In this document: positions 18,810 to 27,033 of the stretch, piece by piece
How positions within the stretch are numbered: the stretch's first letter is position 1
Layout of the letters: every line of letters begins with the position of its first letter
Assembly (NCBI GenBank): GCA_017961575.1
Contig: JAGCXA010000021.1
Location: 2,102-66,101, forward strand
Reading direction: 5' to 3'
DNA length: 64,000 nt
DNA from: Clostridia bacterium
GTDB lineage: Bacteria; Bacillota; Clostridia; Oscillospirales; CAG-272
Notes under the pieces: generated by a model
The model's database searches: none
What the model was told of the DNA's origin: nothing
Seen by the model: only the letters and a program-made list of their open reading frames with translations
Program-made: the position numbers and the translations under genes

Positions 18810-20411
18810 GTGCGTATGGGCGGACGGTTTTTCCGCGATCTTCTGATCCTCTCGCTCTCCTCGCTCTTCACGCGCGGGGTCGGCGTCGTATGGAACGGAT
18901 ACCTTTCGCGCCGGATGGGAGCCGGCGCGATGGGGCTTCATTCGGTCGTTCTGAACCTCTACGGATTTGCCGTGACGATTGCCGTCGCGGGGATCGGGCT
19001 GGCGGTGACGCGGCTGGTTTCGGAGCGCGAAGCCGAGGGAGATTCCGCCGGCGTCGGATCGGTCGTCTCCCGCGCCCTTCTCTGCGTTTCCGTTTCGGGC
19101 GGGGGCGTGGCGTTTCTGCTTCTCGTCTGCGCCCATCCCTTCGGGCGTTTCCTTCTCGGCGACGCGGAAACGGCGCCGCTCGTCCGCGCCCTTGCGCTCC
19201 CTGCCTTCTCGATCGCGGTCTCGGCGGTATTCGCGGGCTATTTCACGGCGCGAAGGCGGGCGTGGATCAACGTCGCGTCGGGCTTGCTCGAACTCTTTCT
19301 GCGGATCGTTCTGACGCTGCGTCTGCTCTCCTCTCCTTCGGGGGCGACCGGGTCCGGCGCGGTGCTCCGCCTTCTTCTCGGCGGCGGGCTTGCCGAGGCG
19401 ATCTCGGCGCTGTTCCTTTTGCTCTGCTATCTCCTCGACCGCCGGGGGAAGCGGGCGGTCGGCGGCGGCGGGCTCTCGCGGCGGATCCTTTCGATCTCGG
19501 TTCCGGTCGCCCTCTCGGGTTGTCTTCGCGCGGGGCTCTCGACCCTCGGACATCTTTTGATCCCCTTCTCGCTCTGCCGGAGCGGGATCGACCGGGCGAC
19601 GGCGCTCGCCTCCTACGGCACGCTCGCGGGAATGGCGCTCCCGGTCGTTCTCTATCCGATGGCGATCCTCTCCTCCGCGGCGTCGCTTCTCGTCCCGGAA
19701 TTTTCGCGTCTTCACGCGAGCGGGGATCGGGCGGGGATAGTCCTTCTCGCGCGCCGCACGCTCTCGGTGACGCTGTGCTTTTCGCTCGGCTGTTTTTCGG
19801 TGCTCGCGGCGTTCTCGGAGCCGCTCGGTCGCCTTCTGTTCGGTTCCGCCGACGCGGGGCGCTTCATCGCGTTCCTTGCCCCCGTCGTGCCGATCATGTT
19901 CCTCGATCACGTCACCGACGCCGCTCTGAAAGGGCTCGGCGAACAGGTGGCGGTGATGTGGATCAACATCGCCGACTCTGCCCTGACCGTCCTTCTGATC
20001 CTGTTCCTTCTTCCCCGAATGGGGATCCTCGGCTATATCCTGATGATCGCGCTGACCGAGTTGTTCAACTATGCCTGCTCGCTGCGCCGCCTGATCCGGG
20101 TAAGCGGTTACTCTCCCGCACCGCTCCGCGCGATCCCGCCGCTCCTCTACGCCGCGCTCGCGTGTCTTTTCGCGCGTTCGTTTCTCGTTCCCGGGGTCCG
20201 CTCGTTCGTCTCGCTCTCGGTCGGGGGGACGGCGACCCTCGCGCTCTTTTCGCTTCCCTTTCTCCTGCTCCGGCGGACGGGGCGAAAAATGCGCCGGGAC
20301 CTTGACAAAAACGAAAAGAAAAGATATAATAAAATATCATACTGTGGGGCGGTATACCCGCGCCCCGTCTGCGAGGAAAACGATGGATCCCCGGAAACTC
20401 ATCAAAGATAA
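18810..20411 (+). CDS. MOP-superfamily flippase (SpoVB / polysaccharide biosynthesis protein-like)
   Basis: 533 aa, polytopic, FFRDLLILSLSSLFTRGVGVVWNGYLSRRMGAGAMG. GTG 18810 or ATG 18816 start. The 3' end overlaps the cysE promoter and start. Confidence 0.7.
   Translation: MRMGGRFFRDLLILSLSSLFTRGVGVVWNGYLSRRMGAGAMGLHSVVLNLYGFAVTIAVAGIGLAVTRLVSEREAEGDSAGVGSVVSRALLCVSVSGGGVAFLLLVCAHPFGRFLLGDAETAPLVRALALPAFSIAVSAVFAGYFTARRRAWINVASGLLELFLRIVLTLRLLSSPSGATGSGAVLRLLLGGGLAEAISALFLLLCYLLDRRGKRAVGGGGLSRRILSISVPVALSGCLRAGLSTLGHLLIPFSLCRSGIDRATALASYGTLAGMALPVVLYPMAILSSAASLLVPEFSRLHASGDRAGIVLLARRTLSVTLCFSLGCFSVLAAFSEPLGRLLFGSADAGRFIAFLAPVVPIMFLDHVTDAALKGLGEQVAVMWINIADSALTVLLILFLLPRMGILGYILMIALTELFNYACSLRRLIRVSGYSPAPLRAIPPLLYAALACLFARSFLVPGVRSFVSLSVGGTATLALFSLPFLLLRRTGRKMRRDLDKNEKKRYNKISYCGAVYPRPVCEENDGSPETHQR
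20302..20330 (+). promoter_or_regulatory. Consensus SigA promoter of cysE-cysS
   Basis: TTGACA-17 nt-TATAAT (ttgacaaaaacgaaaagaaaagatataat). Confidence 0.6.
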
Positions 20412-21096
20412 ACTGAACCGTATCAAGACCGATCTCGGAGCGATCCGCGACTCGGTCCTCTACGACGTGCACGCCTTCCGCGAGCGCGACCCCGCCGCGC
20501 AGTCCGACGCCGAGGTTCTGTTACTCTACCCCGGTATGCACGCCCTGCTCTTCCACCGGGCGGCGCACGCCCTGCACGAGAAGGGGTACACCTTCGCGGC
20601 GCGGGCGATCAGCCAGGGGGCGCGCTTCATCACCGGGATCGAGATCCACCCCGCCGCGAAGATCGGCAAGGGGCTGGTGATCGACCACGGCGCCGCCGTC
20701 GTGATCGGCGAGACCGCCGAGATCGGCAACGACTGCACGATCTATCAGGGCGTGACCCTCGGCGGAACCGGCAAGGACACCGGAAAACGGCATCCCACGA
20801 TCGGCAACAACGTGCTGATCGGCGCGGGCGCGAAGGTGCTCGGTCCCTTCAAGGTCGGGGACGGCGCCAGGATCGCCGCGGGCGCCGTGGTGCTCGAAGA
20901 AGTGCCGGAAAACTCGACCGCCGTCGGGATCCCCGCGCGCGTGGTGCGAGTCCGCACGCGCCGCGACGGTTCGGACGACCTCGACCAGATCCATATTCCC
21001 GACCCCGTCGAGCAGGAGATCTGCCGGATGAACAAACGGATCCGCGAACTCGAAAAGCGGTTGGACGAAGCCGAGAAGGAAAAGGACGGAAAATAA
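20383..21096 (+). CDS. cysE: Serine O-acetyltransferase
   Basis: Hexapeptide repeats GIEIHPAAKIGKGLVIDHG...TIGNNVLIGAGAKVLG. Start set to ATG 20383, downstream of the promoter. Confidence 0.9.
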   Translation: MDPRKLIKDKLNRIKTDLGAIRDSVLYDVHAFRERDPAAQSDAEVLLLYPGMHALLFHRAAHALHEKGYTFAARAISQGARFITGIEIHPAAKIGKGLVIDHGAAVVIGETAEIGNDCTIYQGVTLGGTGKDTGKRHPTIGNNVLIGAGAKVLGPFKVGDGARIAAGAVVLEEVPENSTAVGIPARVVRVRTRRDGSDDLDQIHIPDPVEQEICRMNKRIRELEKRLDEAEKEKDGK

Positions 21097-21099
21097 CCC

Positions 21100-22515
21100 A
21101 TGCTGCTCTACAATACCCTGACCCGCACCCGCGACGAACTGATCCCCCACGAAGACGGGAAGATCAAAATGTATACCTGCGGCCCGACGGTCTACCACTT
21201 CGCGCACATCGGGAACCTGCGCACCTATATGATGGAGGACGCGCTTGAAAAGGCGCTCCGCTATCTCGGCTACGACGTGACCCGCGCCATGAACATCACC
21301 GACGTCGGGCATCTGACGAGCGACGCCGACGAGGGCGAGGACAAGATGGTGAAGGGCGCGAAACGCGAGCACAAGACGGTGCTGGAAATCGCGAAGCAGT
21401 ACACCGACGCTTTCTTCGCCGACTGCGCGAAACTGAATATCAGGATCCCGGACAAGGTCGTTCCCGCGACGAGCGAGGTCTCCGAGTTCATCCGCGTGAT
21501 CGAACGGCTGATCGAGAAGGGCTACGCCTACGAAGCGGGCGGAAACGTCTACTTCGACACCTCGAAGCCGAAGCAGTACAACGTCTTCCACGACTTCGGG
21601 GAGGAAGACCTCGAAGAGGGCGTCCGCGAGGGCGTCGGGGTCGACGGAAACAAACGGAACAAGACCGACTTCGTTCTCTGGTTCACGAAATCGAAGTTTG
21701 AGGATCAGGAACTGAAATGGGACTCCCCCTTCGGCGTCGGATACCCCGGCTGGCACATCGAGTGCTCCTGCATCTCGATGAAGTACCTCGGGGAGTATCT
21801 CGACCTGCATTGCGGCGGGGTGGACAACATTTTCCCCCATCACACGAACGAGATCGCGCAGAGCGAAGCGTACCTCGGACACCCGTGGTGCAAATCGTGG
21901 TTCCACGTCGCGCACCTCAACACCGCGTCGGGCAAGATGTCGAAATCGAAGGGCGAATTCCTGACCCTCTCGCTTCTCGAATCGAAGGGGTACGACCCGC
22001 TCGCCTACCGCTTCTTCTGCCTGCAATCGCATTACCGCAAGTCGCTGGTCTTCACCTACGAAAACCTCGACAACGCGGCGGGCGCCTACGCGAAACTGAT
22101 CGAGCGGATCGCCAGAATCGGGGACGAGGGCGACTACGACGCCGCCGGCGCCGCGCCCTACCTCGACGCCTTCAAGTCGGCGCTCGAAAACGACCTGAAC
22201 ACCTCGCTTGCCGTGACGGCGCTTTACGACGTGCTGAAATCCCCCCTGAACGGGAAGACAAAGCGAGAGCTGATCGCGAAGTTCGATACGGTTCTCTCTC
22301 TTGATCTCCTGAAAGCGGCGGAGAAACTGACCGAGAAGGCAGAAGAGAAAGCCGACGATCCGAGACGCGCCGGGATCGAAGCGATGATCGCCGCGCGCGC
22401 CGAGGCGAAGAAACAGAAGAACTACGCCGAAGCCGACCGCATCCGTTCGGAACTCTCGGCGATGGGCGTGACGCTGACCGATACCAAAGACGGGACAACG
22501 TATACCATCTCTTAA
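21100..22515 (+). CDS. cysS: Cysteine--tRNA ligase
   Basis: 471 aa, MYTCGPTVYHFAHIGNLR (HIGH) and KMSKS present. Confidence 0.95.
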   Translation: MLLYNTLTRTRDELIPHEDGKIKMYTCGPTVYHFAHIGNLRTYMMEDALEKALRYLGYDVTRAMNITDVGHLTSDADEGEDKMVKGAKREHKTVLEIAKQYTDAFFADCAKLNIRIPDKVVPATSEVSEFIRVIERLIEKGYAYEAGGNVYFDTSKPKQYNVFHDFGEEDLEEGVREGVGVDGNKRNKTDFVLWFTKSKFEDQELKWDSPFGVGYPGWHIECSCISMKYLGEYLDLHCGGVDNIFPHHTNEIAQSEAYLGHPWCKSWFHVAHLNTASGKMSKSKGEFLTLSLLESKGYDPLAYRFFCLQSHYRKSLVFTYENLDNAAGAYAKLIERIARIGDEGDYDAAGAAPYLDAFKSALENDLNTSLAVTALYDVLKSPLNGKTKRELIAKFDTVLSLDLLKAAEKLTEKAEEKADDPRRAGIEAMIAARAEAKKQKNYAEADRIRSELSAMGVTLTDTKDGTTYTIS

Positions 22516-22521
22516 ACTGCG

Positions 22522-22555
22522 GCGCGTCCGGGAACACGACCCGGACGCGCTTTTT
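22522..22555 (+). terminator. Intrinsic terminator
   Basis: gcgcgtccggg-7 nt-cccggacgcgc plus ttttt. Confidence 0.8.
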
Positions 22556-22592
22556 ACAAAAACCGAAGGAACGAACGGAAGGAGAGAAACCG

Positions 22593-24071
22593 ATGATCCG
22601 GGTAACGATCCCCGCCGGGGCGGCGGGACTGCCGCTCCCTCTTTGGCTTTCGCGGATGGGATACTCCGCGATCCTTCCCTGCGGCGGCGCGGGGCGGTGC
22701 GGGAACTGCCGCGTTCGTCTCCTGTCCGGGAAACTCTGCGACCGCGACGCTCCCGAAAAGGAACTGATCCCCGACGAAAACGGCGAAGTGCGCGCCTGCC
22801 GCGCGTGTCTTCCGGATGAAGAGACGGTGATCGGTCTGCCCGACGGGTGGGACGCGCCGGGTGCGGGGCAAACCAAAAAACGCTATCCCTGCGGTGCGCT
22901 CGACCTCGGAACGACGACGCTGGCGCTCCGTCTCCGCGACGAGACGGGCGGGGTCTTCGAGACGACGGCGGCAAACCCGCAATGCGTCTTCGGCGCCGAC
23001 GTCGCGAGCCGGATCACGGCGACGGCAAAGCACGGCGTCGAAACCGTCCGGGAATGTCTGCTCGTCCGGCTCCGCGCCCTGCTCGCGGGGTGCGCCGTGG
23101 ATCGGCTTTCGGTCGTCGGGAACCCGACGATGATCCATATTCTCGCCGGCTTTTCGCCCGAACCGATCGGGATCGCCCCGTTTACCCCCGCCTTTTCCGG
23201 CGAAAAAGAGTTCCCGGGAGAACGGCTCGGACTCCCGGTCGGCGCCGTCGTGCTTCTCCCCTCCGTCAAGGGCGCGGGCTATCTCGGCTCCGACCTTGTG
23301 GCGGGGGCGTGTTTCTCCGGGATCGCGTCCTCGCCCGTCCCCGCGATCTACCTCGATCTCGGGACGAACGGCGAACTGCTCCTCACGACGGGAACGCAGA
23401 ACGGCGGGCATCTCTACGCCGCGTCCTGCGCCGTCGGTCCCTGCTTCGAGGGGGCGGGGATCGGATCGGGGGTCGGCGGGATCCCCGGCGCGGTCTCGCG
23501 GGTCGAAAAACGCGACGGATCGTTCGTCTTCTCGACGGTCGACGATCTCTCCCCCGTCGGGATCACGGGCAGCGGGCTGATCGACCTGTTCTCGCTCCTG
23601 CTCGGCGACGGGACAGTCGCCCGCGACGGAAAATTGGAGCAACCCTTCACGCTGACCGGGCGGCAGGCGTTCTCGGACGGGACGCTCGGAGACGTGACCG
23701 AAACCCCGGTCAAAATCGAACAGCGCGACGTGCGCGCCGTCCAGACGGCGAAAGCCGCCGTGCGGGCGGGGATCGCCGCGCTGCTGAACGCCGCGTGGAT
23801 CGACCCCGACGAGGTGGAAACCGTCCTTCTTGCCGGGAGTTTCGGGCGGTATCTCTCCCCCGCGTCCGCCGTCGGGATCGGTCTTTTGCCCCCTGATTGG
23901 GCAAGCGAAACGAACGCCGTCGGAAACGCCGCGCTCGACGGCGCGGACGCGGCGCTGCTGTCGCCCGACGTCCGGGAAACGCTCGCGCAAGTCTCCGAAT
24001 CGACCCACGTCGTCGATCTCAACGCTTCCCTCGCGTTCCGTTCGGCGTTCCTGTCCGAGTTGAATTTCTGA
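22593..24071 (+). CDS. ASKHA-fold protein with N-terminal 2Fe-2S ferredoxin domain (RACo / DUF4445-like)
   Basis: 492 aa, CGGAGRCGNCRV cluster motif, ALDLGTTTLA and YLDLGTNGE actin-fold phosphate motifs. Confidence 0.75.
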   Translation: MIRVTIPAGAAGLPLPLWLSRMGYSAILPCGGAGRCGNCRVRLLSGKLCDRDAPEKELIPDENGEVRACRACLPDEETVIGLPDGWDAPGAGQTKKRYPCGALDLGTTTLALRLRDETGGVFETTAANPQCVFGADVASRITATAKHGVETVRECLLVRLRALLAGCAVDRLSVVGNPTMIHILAGFSPEPIGIAPFTPAFSGEKEFPGERLGLPVGAVVLLPSVKGAGYLGSDLVAGACFSGIASSPVPAIYLDLGTNGELLLTTGTQNGGHLYAASCAVGPCFEGAGIGSGVGGIPGAVSRVEKRDGSFVFSTVDDLSPVGITGSGLIDLFSLLLGDGTVARDGKLEQPFTLTGRQAFSDGTLGDVTETPVKIEQRDVRAVQTAKAAVRAGIAALLNAAWIDPDEVETVLLAGSFGRYLSPASAVGIGLLPPDWASETNAVGNAALDGADAALLSPDVRETLAQVSESTHVVDLNASLAFRSAFLSELNF

Positions 24072-24085
24072 CCCACTCAAACGGA

Positions 24086-24118
24086 AAGCCGGGGTCGTCC
24101 GATGGACGACCCCGGCTT
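24086..24118. terminator. Bidirectional terminator between convergent genes
   Basis: aagccggggtcgtc-5 nt-gacgaccccggctt, a 14-bp stem. Confidence 0.7.
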
Positions 24119-24136
24119 CTTGATGCGAAACGGGCG

Positions 24137-24619
24137 TCAGTTGTTTGCGGCGTTCTCCTCCGCGGGGGTCTCCGCGGCGGGAGCGTCGGCGATCGGCGCC
24201 TTATCGTCTGCCTTCGGCGTTTCGGGCGCGATCTTCCCTTTTCCCTTTTTCTTGGACTTCTCCTCGGTCACGACGGGCGCGGGAGCCGCCTTCTTCAAAG
24301 CGGGATTCTTGTCCTCGGCTCTCACGTCGACGCTGCGGACGGCGGAGCGCAGGAAGCGGATCTTGGTGCGGTCGCGGCTGGTCTCGATGGTGATGGTCTC
24401 TTCCTTGATCGAGACGATCTCCCCGATGATCCCGCCGATGGTGGTGATCTCGTCGCCGACCTGCAGGGCGTTCCGCATCTCGTTCGCCTGCTTCTCCTGC
24501 TTTCTCTGCGGGCGGATCAGGACGAAATAGAAGACGACGGCGATCAGGACGAAGGACCCGATCATGATCCAGGAGGACGCGGCGTTCGAGCCCTCGGCAA
24601 GAAGGAATGAATTGAGCAT
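24137..24619 (-). CDS. yajC: Preprotein translocase subunit YajC with a long Lys/Ala/Pro-rich C-terminal tail
   Basis: FYFVLIRPQRKQEKQANEMRNALQVGDEITTIGGIIGEIVSI. ATG 24619 chosen because the TTG at 24655 lies at or ahead of the predicted transcription start. Confidence 0.75.
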   Translation of the reverse strand: MLNSFLLAEGSNAASSWIMIGSFVLIAVVFYFVLIRPQRKQEKQANEMRNALQVGDEITTIGGIIGEIVSIKEETITIETSRDRTKIRFLRSAVRSVDVRAEDKNPALKKAAPAPVVTEEKSKKKGKGKIAPETPKADDKAPIADAPAAETPAEENAANN

Positions 24620-24660
24620 TGTTAGGACGATCCTTTCGACGTTCGATATAGTCAAGCAGT

Positions 24661-24689
24661 ATTATAACAGATGGAACCGGAGAATGCAA
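24661..24689 (-). promoter_or_regulatory. SigA promoter of yajC
   Basis: Minus strand TTGCAT-17 nt-TATAAT. Confidence 0.55.
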
Positions 24690-24700
24690 GTGTTATTTTG

Positions 24701-24736
24701 AAAAAAGAAAGGAACGCCCGGATGAGCGTTCCTTTC
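24701..24736 (-). terminator. Intrinsic terminator of the permease gene
   Basis: gaaaggaacgc-8 nt-gcgttcctttc, followed on the minus strand by tttttt. Confidence 0.8.
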
Positions 24737-24752
24737 GGACGGTACGTAAGGA

Positions 24753-26171
24753 TTACTCCTTGTCTTCCTTGTCGGCGGAAACCGCGACGGTCTCGTCCGA
24801 GGCGGCGTCCTCTTTGTTGAAGAACTTGCTCGAAACGATGAGCCGTACCACGATGCCGAGGATCAGCGCGCAGGCGACCGAGGTAAGGGTGATCTGACCG
24901 TTATCGAAGGCGAAGGTCAGCGACAGTCCGCCGACGCCCGCGATGAGGATCGAGGAGACGGTGAACAGGTTCTTGTTGTCGCCGAGGTCGACCTTTTGCA
25001 GCATTTTCAGACCGCTGACGGCGATGAAACCGTAGAGCGCGAAGCAGACGCCGCCCATCACGCAGCTCGGAATGGTGGAAAGCAGGGTGACGAAGGGAGT
25101 GATGAAGGAGGCAATGATCGCCATAACGGCGGTGCAGGTGATGGTCCAGACCGACGCGTTGCCCGAGATGGCGACGCAGCCGATGGACTCGCCGTAGGTG
25201 GTGTTCGGGCAGCCGCCGAAGAAGGCGCCCACCATCGAGCCGACGCCGTCGCCGAGCAGGGTCTTGTCAAGCCCCGGATCGGAGATCAGATCACGGTCGA
25301 TGATCGAGGAGAGGTTCTTGTGGTCGGCGATGTGCTCCGCGAAGACCACGAACGCGACCGGGATATACGCGACCGCAATGGTGCCGAAGTAGGCGGCGTT
25401 CATATCCTTGAAGCCCTTGAAGGCGTGCAGGAAGCTGAAATCGGGCTTCCAATCCATATTCTTGAAAGCGTCGAAGTTGATGATTTTCAGCGTGTCGACG
25501 TCCGCGGCGTTGCCGATCACGGTGAGGATCGAAGCGATGACGTAGCCGACGGCGATACCGATCACGAACGGGATCAGTTTGATCATCTTACGGTTGTTGA
25601 CCGAGCAGATGATGACGGTGAAGAGGGTGATCAGGGCGATGACGAGGTAGATCAGACCTTTGTAACCGACCTCTGCGTTCGGGAAGACCCCTCCCGCGCC
25701 GCCGAGCGAATCCGAAACGGCGTTGCCGGCGAGCGAAAGACCGATGATCGCGACCGTCGGGCCGATGATCGCGGCGGGCATCAGTTTATCGACCCAGCCG
25801 GAGCCGACGAACTTGACGACCAGCGCAAGACCGACGTAAACGAGACCGGCGAGGATCGCGCCAATGATCAGCCCGAGGAAGCCCAGCGCGGCCGTGACGG
25901 CGCCGGCGAAAGCCGCGCCCATCGAACTCAGGAACGCGAAGGACGAACCGAGGAACACGGGAGAACGGAACTTGGTGAAGAGTTGGTAGACGAGGGTGCC
26001 GACGCCGGCGCCGAAGAGCGCGGCGGAGACCGTCATCTCGGCGGGGTTGACGATCATCGGAACGAGGATGGTCGCCGCGAGAATCGCGAGGAGCTGTTGG
26101 AGCGCGAAGAGCAGAGTCTGACCGTAGCCCATCTGCTTGGGGGTCGCGTCGGTGTTGTAGATGAGTTTCAT
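24753..26171 (-). CDS. NCS2-family nucleobase (uracil/xanthine-type) permease
   Basis: Start set to ATG 26171 (AGGAGAGG RBS). MKLIYNTDATPKQMGYGQTLLFALQQLLAILAATILVP... is typical of uracil/xanthine permeases. Confidence 0.85.
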   Translation of the reverse strand: MKLIYNTDATPKQMGYGQTLLFALQQLLAILAATILVPMIVNPAEMTVSAALFGAGVGTLVYQLFTKFRSPVFLGSSFAFLSSMGAAFAGAVTAALGFLGLIIGAILAGLVYVGLALVVKFVGSGWVDKLMPAAIIGPTVAIIGLSLAGNAVSDSLGGAGGVFPNAEVGYKGLIYLVIALITLFTVIICSVNNRKMIKLIPFVIGIAVGYVIASILTVIGNAADVDTLKIINFDAFKNMDWKPDFSFLHAFKGFKDMNAAYFGTIAVAYIPVAFVVFAEHIADHKNLSSIIDRDLISDPGLDKTLLGDGVGSMVGAFFGGCPNTTYGESIGCVAISGNASVWTITCTAVMAIIASFITPFVTLLSTIPSCVMGGVCFALYGFIAVSGLKMLQKVDLGDNKNLFTVSSILIAGVGGLSLTFAFDNGQITLTSVACALILGIVVRLIVSSKFFNKEDAASDETVAVSADKEDKE

Positions 26172-26220
26172 ATACCTCTCCTTTTTGTTTTTTGATCTTC
26201 TTTTCGTCCGTTTTGCCAAG

Positions 26221-26247
26221 AAAAAAAGTCCTGCCTTCCGGCAAGAC
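26221..26247 (-). promoter_or_regulatory. Leader terminator (candidate transcription attenuator) in the 5' UTR of the permease gene
   Basis: Minus strand gtcttgcc-ggaa-ggcaggac plus ttttttt, about 50 nt before the start codon and about 80 nt after the promoter. Confidence 0.5.
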
Positions 26248-26328
26248 AGAGACGAACGGAAACGGTCCGTTCTCCTCCGAGCTTTCCGGCATCACGGTAC
26301 CGAACTTAAAGATCTCGGGTCAATAAAA

Positions 26329-26356
26329 ATTATATCACTTTTTAACGATTTGTAAA
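26329..26356 (-). promoter_or_regulatory. SigA promoter of the permease gene
   Basis: Minus strand TTTACA-16 nt-TATAAT with TGa extended -10. Confidence 0.55.
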
Positions 26357-26480
26357 GAGTTTTTTGCTATTTTCCCCTATTTTGTCATCCTGCACAAAGC
26401 CGTGCGACAATTCCTGTGAAGGTTCGACAAATCGCGTCGGACGACGGTTTTTCCCCTTCGGGGAAATCGTCCCCGCCGTC

Positions 26481-26509
26481 TTGCAATCGAGGGGAGAATA
26501 TGGTATACT
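26481..26509 (+). promoter_or_regulatory. SigA promoter of the DUF523 / ABC exporter operon
   Basis: TTGCAA-17 nt-TATACT with TGg extended -10. Confidence 0.55.
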
Positions 26510-26537
26510 GATTAAAATGGAAAGAAAGGGGTGCGGG

Positions 26538-27005
26538 ATGAAAACGATCCTCGTCAGTCGGTGTCTTCTCGGCGACGCCTGCCGATACGACGGCGCGGCG
26601 CGTCCCTGCCCCGCCGTCGTCGCGCTCGGAGAGCGGTTCGTTCTCGTTCCGATCTGTCCCGAATGCGACGGGGGACTCCCGGTCCCGCGTCCCGCGGGTG
26701 AGCGGCGCGGGAACAGGGTGGAAACGAAGGACGGGCGCGACCTGACCCCTTTCTACCGCCGCGGCGCCGAAGCCGCGCTGAATAAAGCGCGGGAGAGCGG
26801 GGCTGTCGCCGCCGTTCTGAAATCGAAAAGCCCCTCCTGCGGGGTCGGGACGATCTACGACGGCACCTTCTCCGGGCGTCTTACCGTCGGGGACGGGGTG
26901 ACGGCGGAACTCCTGAAACAAAACGGGATCGCGGTATTCACCGAAAACGACCTTGACGCGCTCCTCGCGCACGTCGGGGAGACCTCCGGGAAGAAGACTA
27001 TATAA
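26538..27005 (+). CDS. DUF523 protein (TudS-like 4Fe-4S thiouracil desulfidase family)
   Basis: MKTILVSRCLLGDACRYDG...ICPECDGGLPVPRP...KSKSPSCG cysteine pattern. Start set downstream of the promoter. Confidence 0.7.
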   Translation: MKTILVSRCLLGDACRYDGAARPCPAVVALGERFVLVPICPECDGGLPVPRPAGERRGNRVETKDGRDLTPFYRRGAEAALNKARESGAVAAVLKSKSPSCGVGTIYDGTFSGRLTVGDGVTAELLKQNGIAVFTENDLDALLAHVGETSGKKTI

Positions 27006-27033
27006 AAGGAAAAGGAAAGCGGAAGCAAACGGG

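Noticed and set aside
20290-20383. T-box riboswitch upstream of cysE-cysS
   Set aside because: Only ~45 nt lie between the predicted transcription start and the ATG. I found no specifier-loop or T-box sequence, and the region is too short for that element.
20521-22974. 817-aa minus-strand ORF opposite cysE and cysS. Similar cases: 14548..16752, 56737..59061, 59533..61554, 10964..13123, 48370..50103, 13081..14457
   Set aside because: All are antisense or out of frame relative to genes with strong homology signatures, lack RBS support and have arginine-rich low-complexity translations.
26172-26330. PyrR-binding or purine riboswitch assignment for the permease leader
   Set aside because: The terminator and antiterminator-like hairpins are visible, but the conserved PyrR loop (UCCAGAGAGG) and the purine riboswitch core are not convincingly present. 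I report it only as a generic candidate attenuator.
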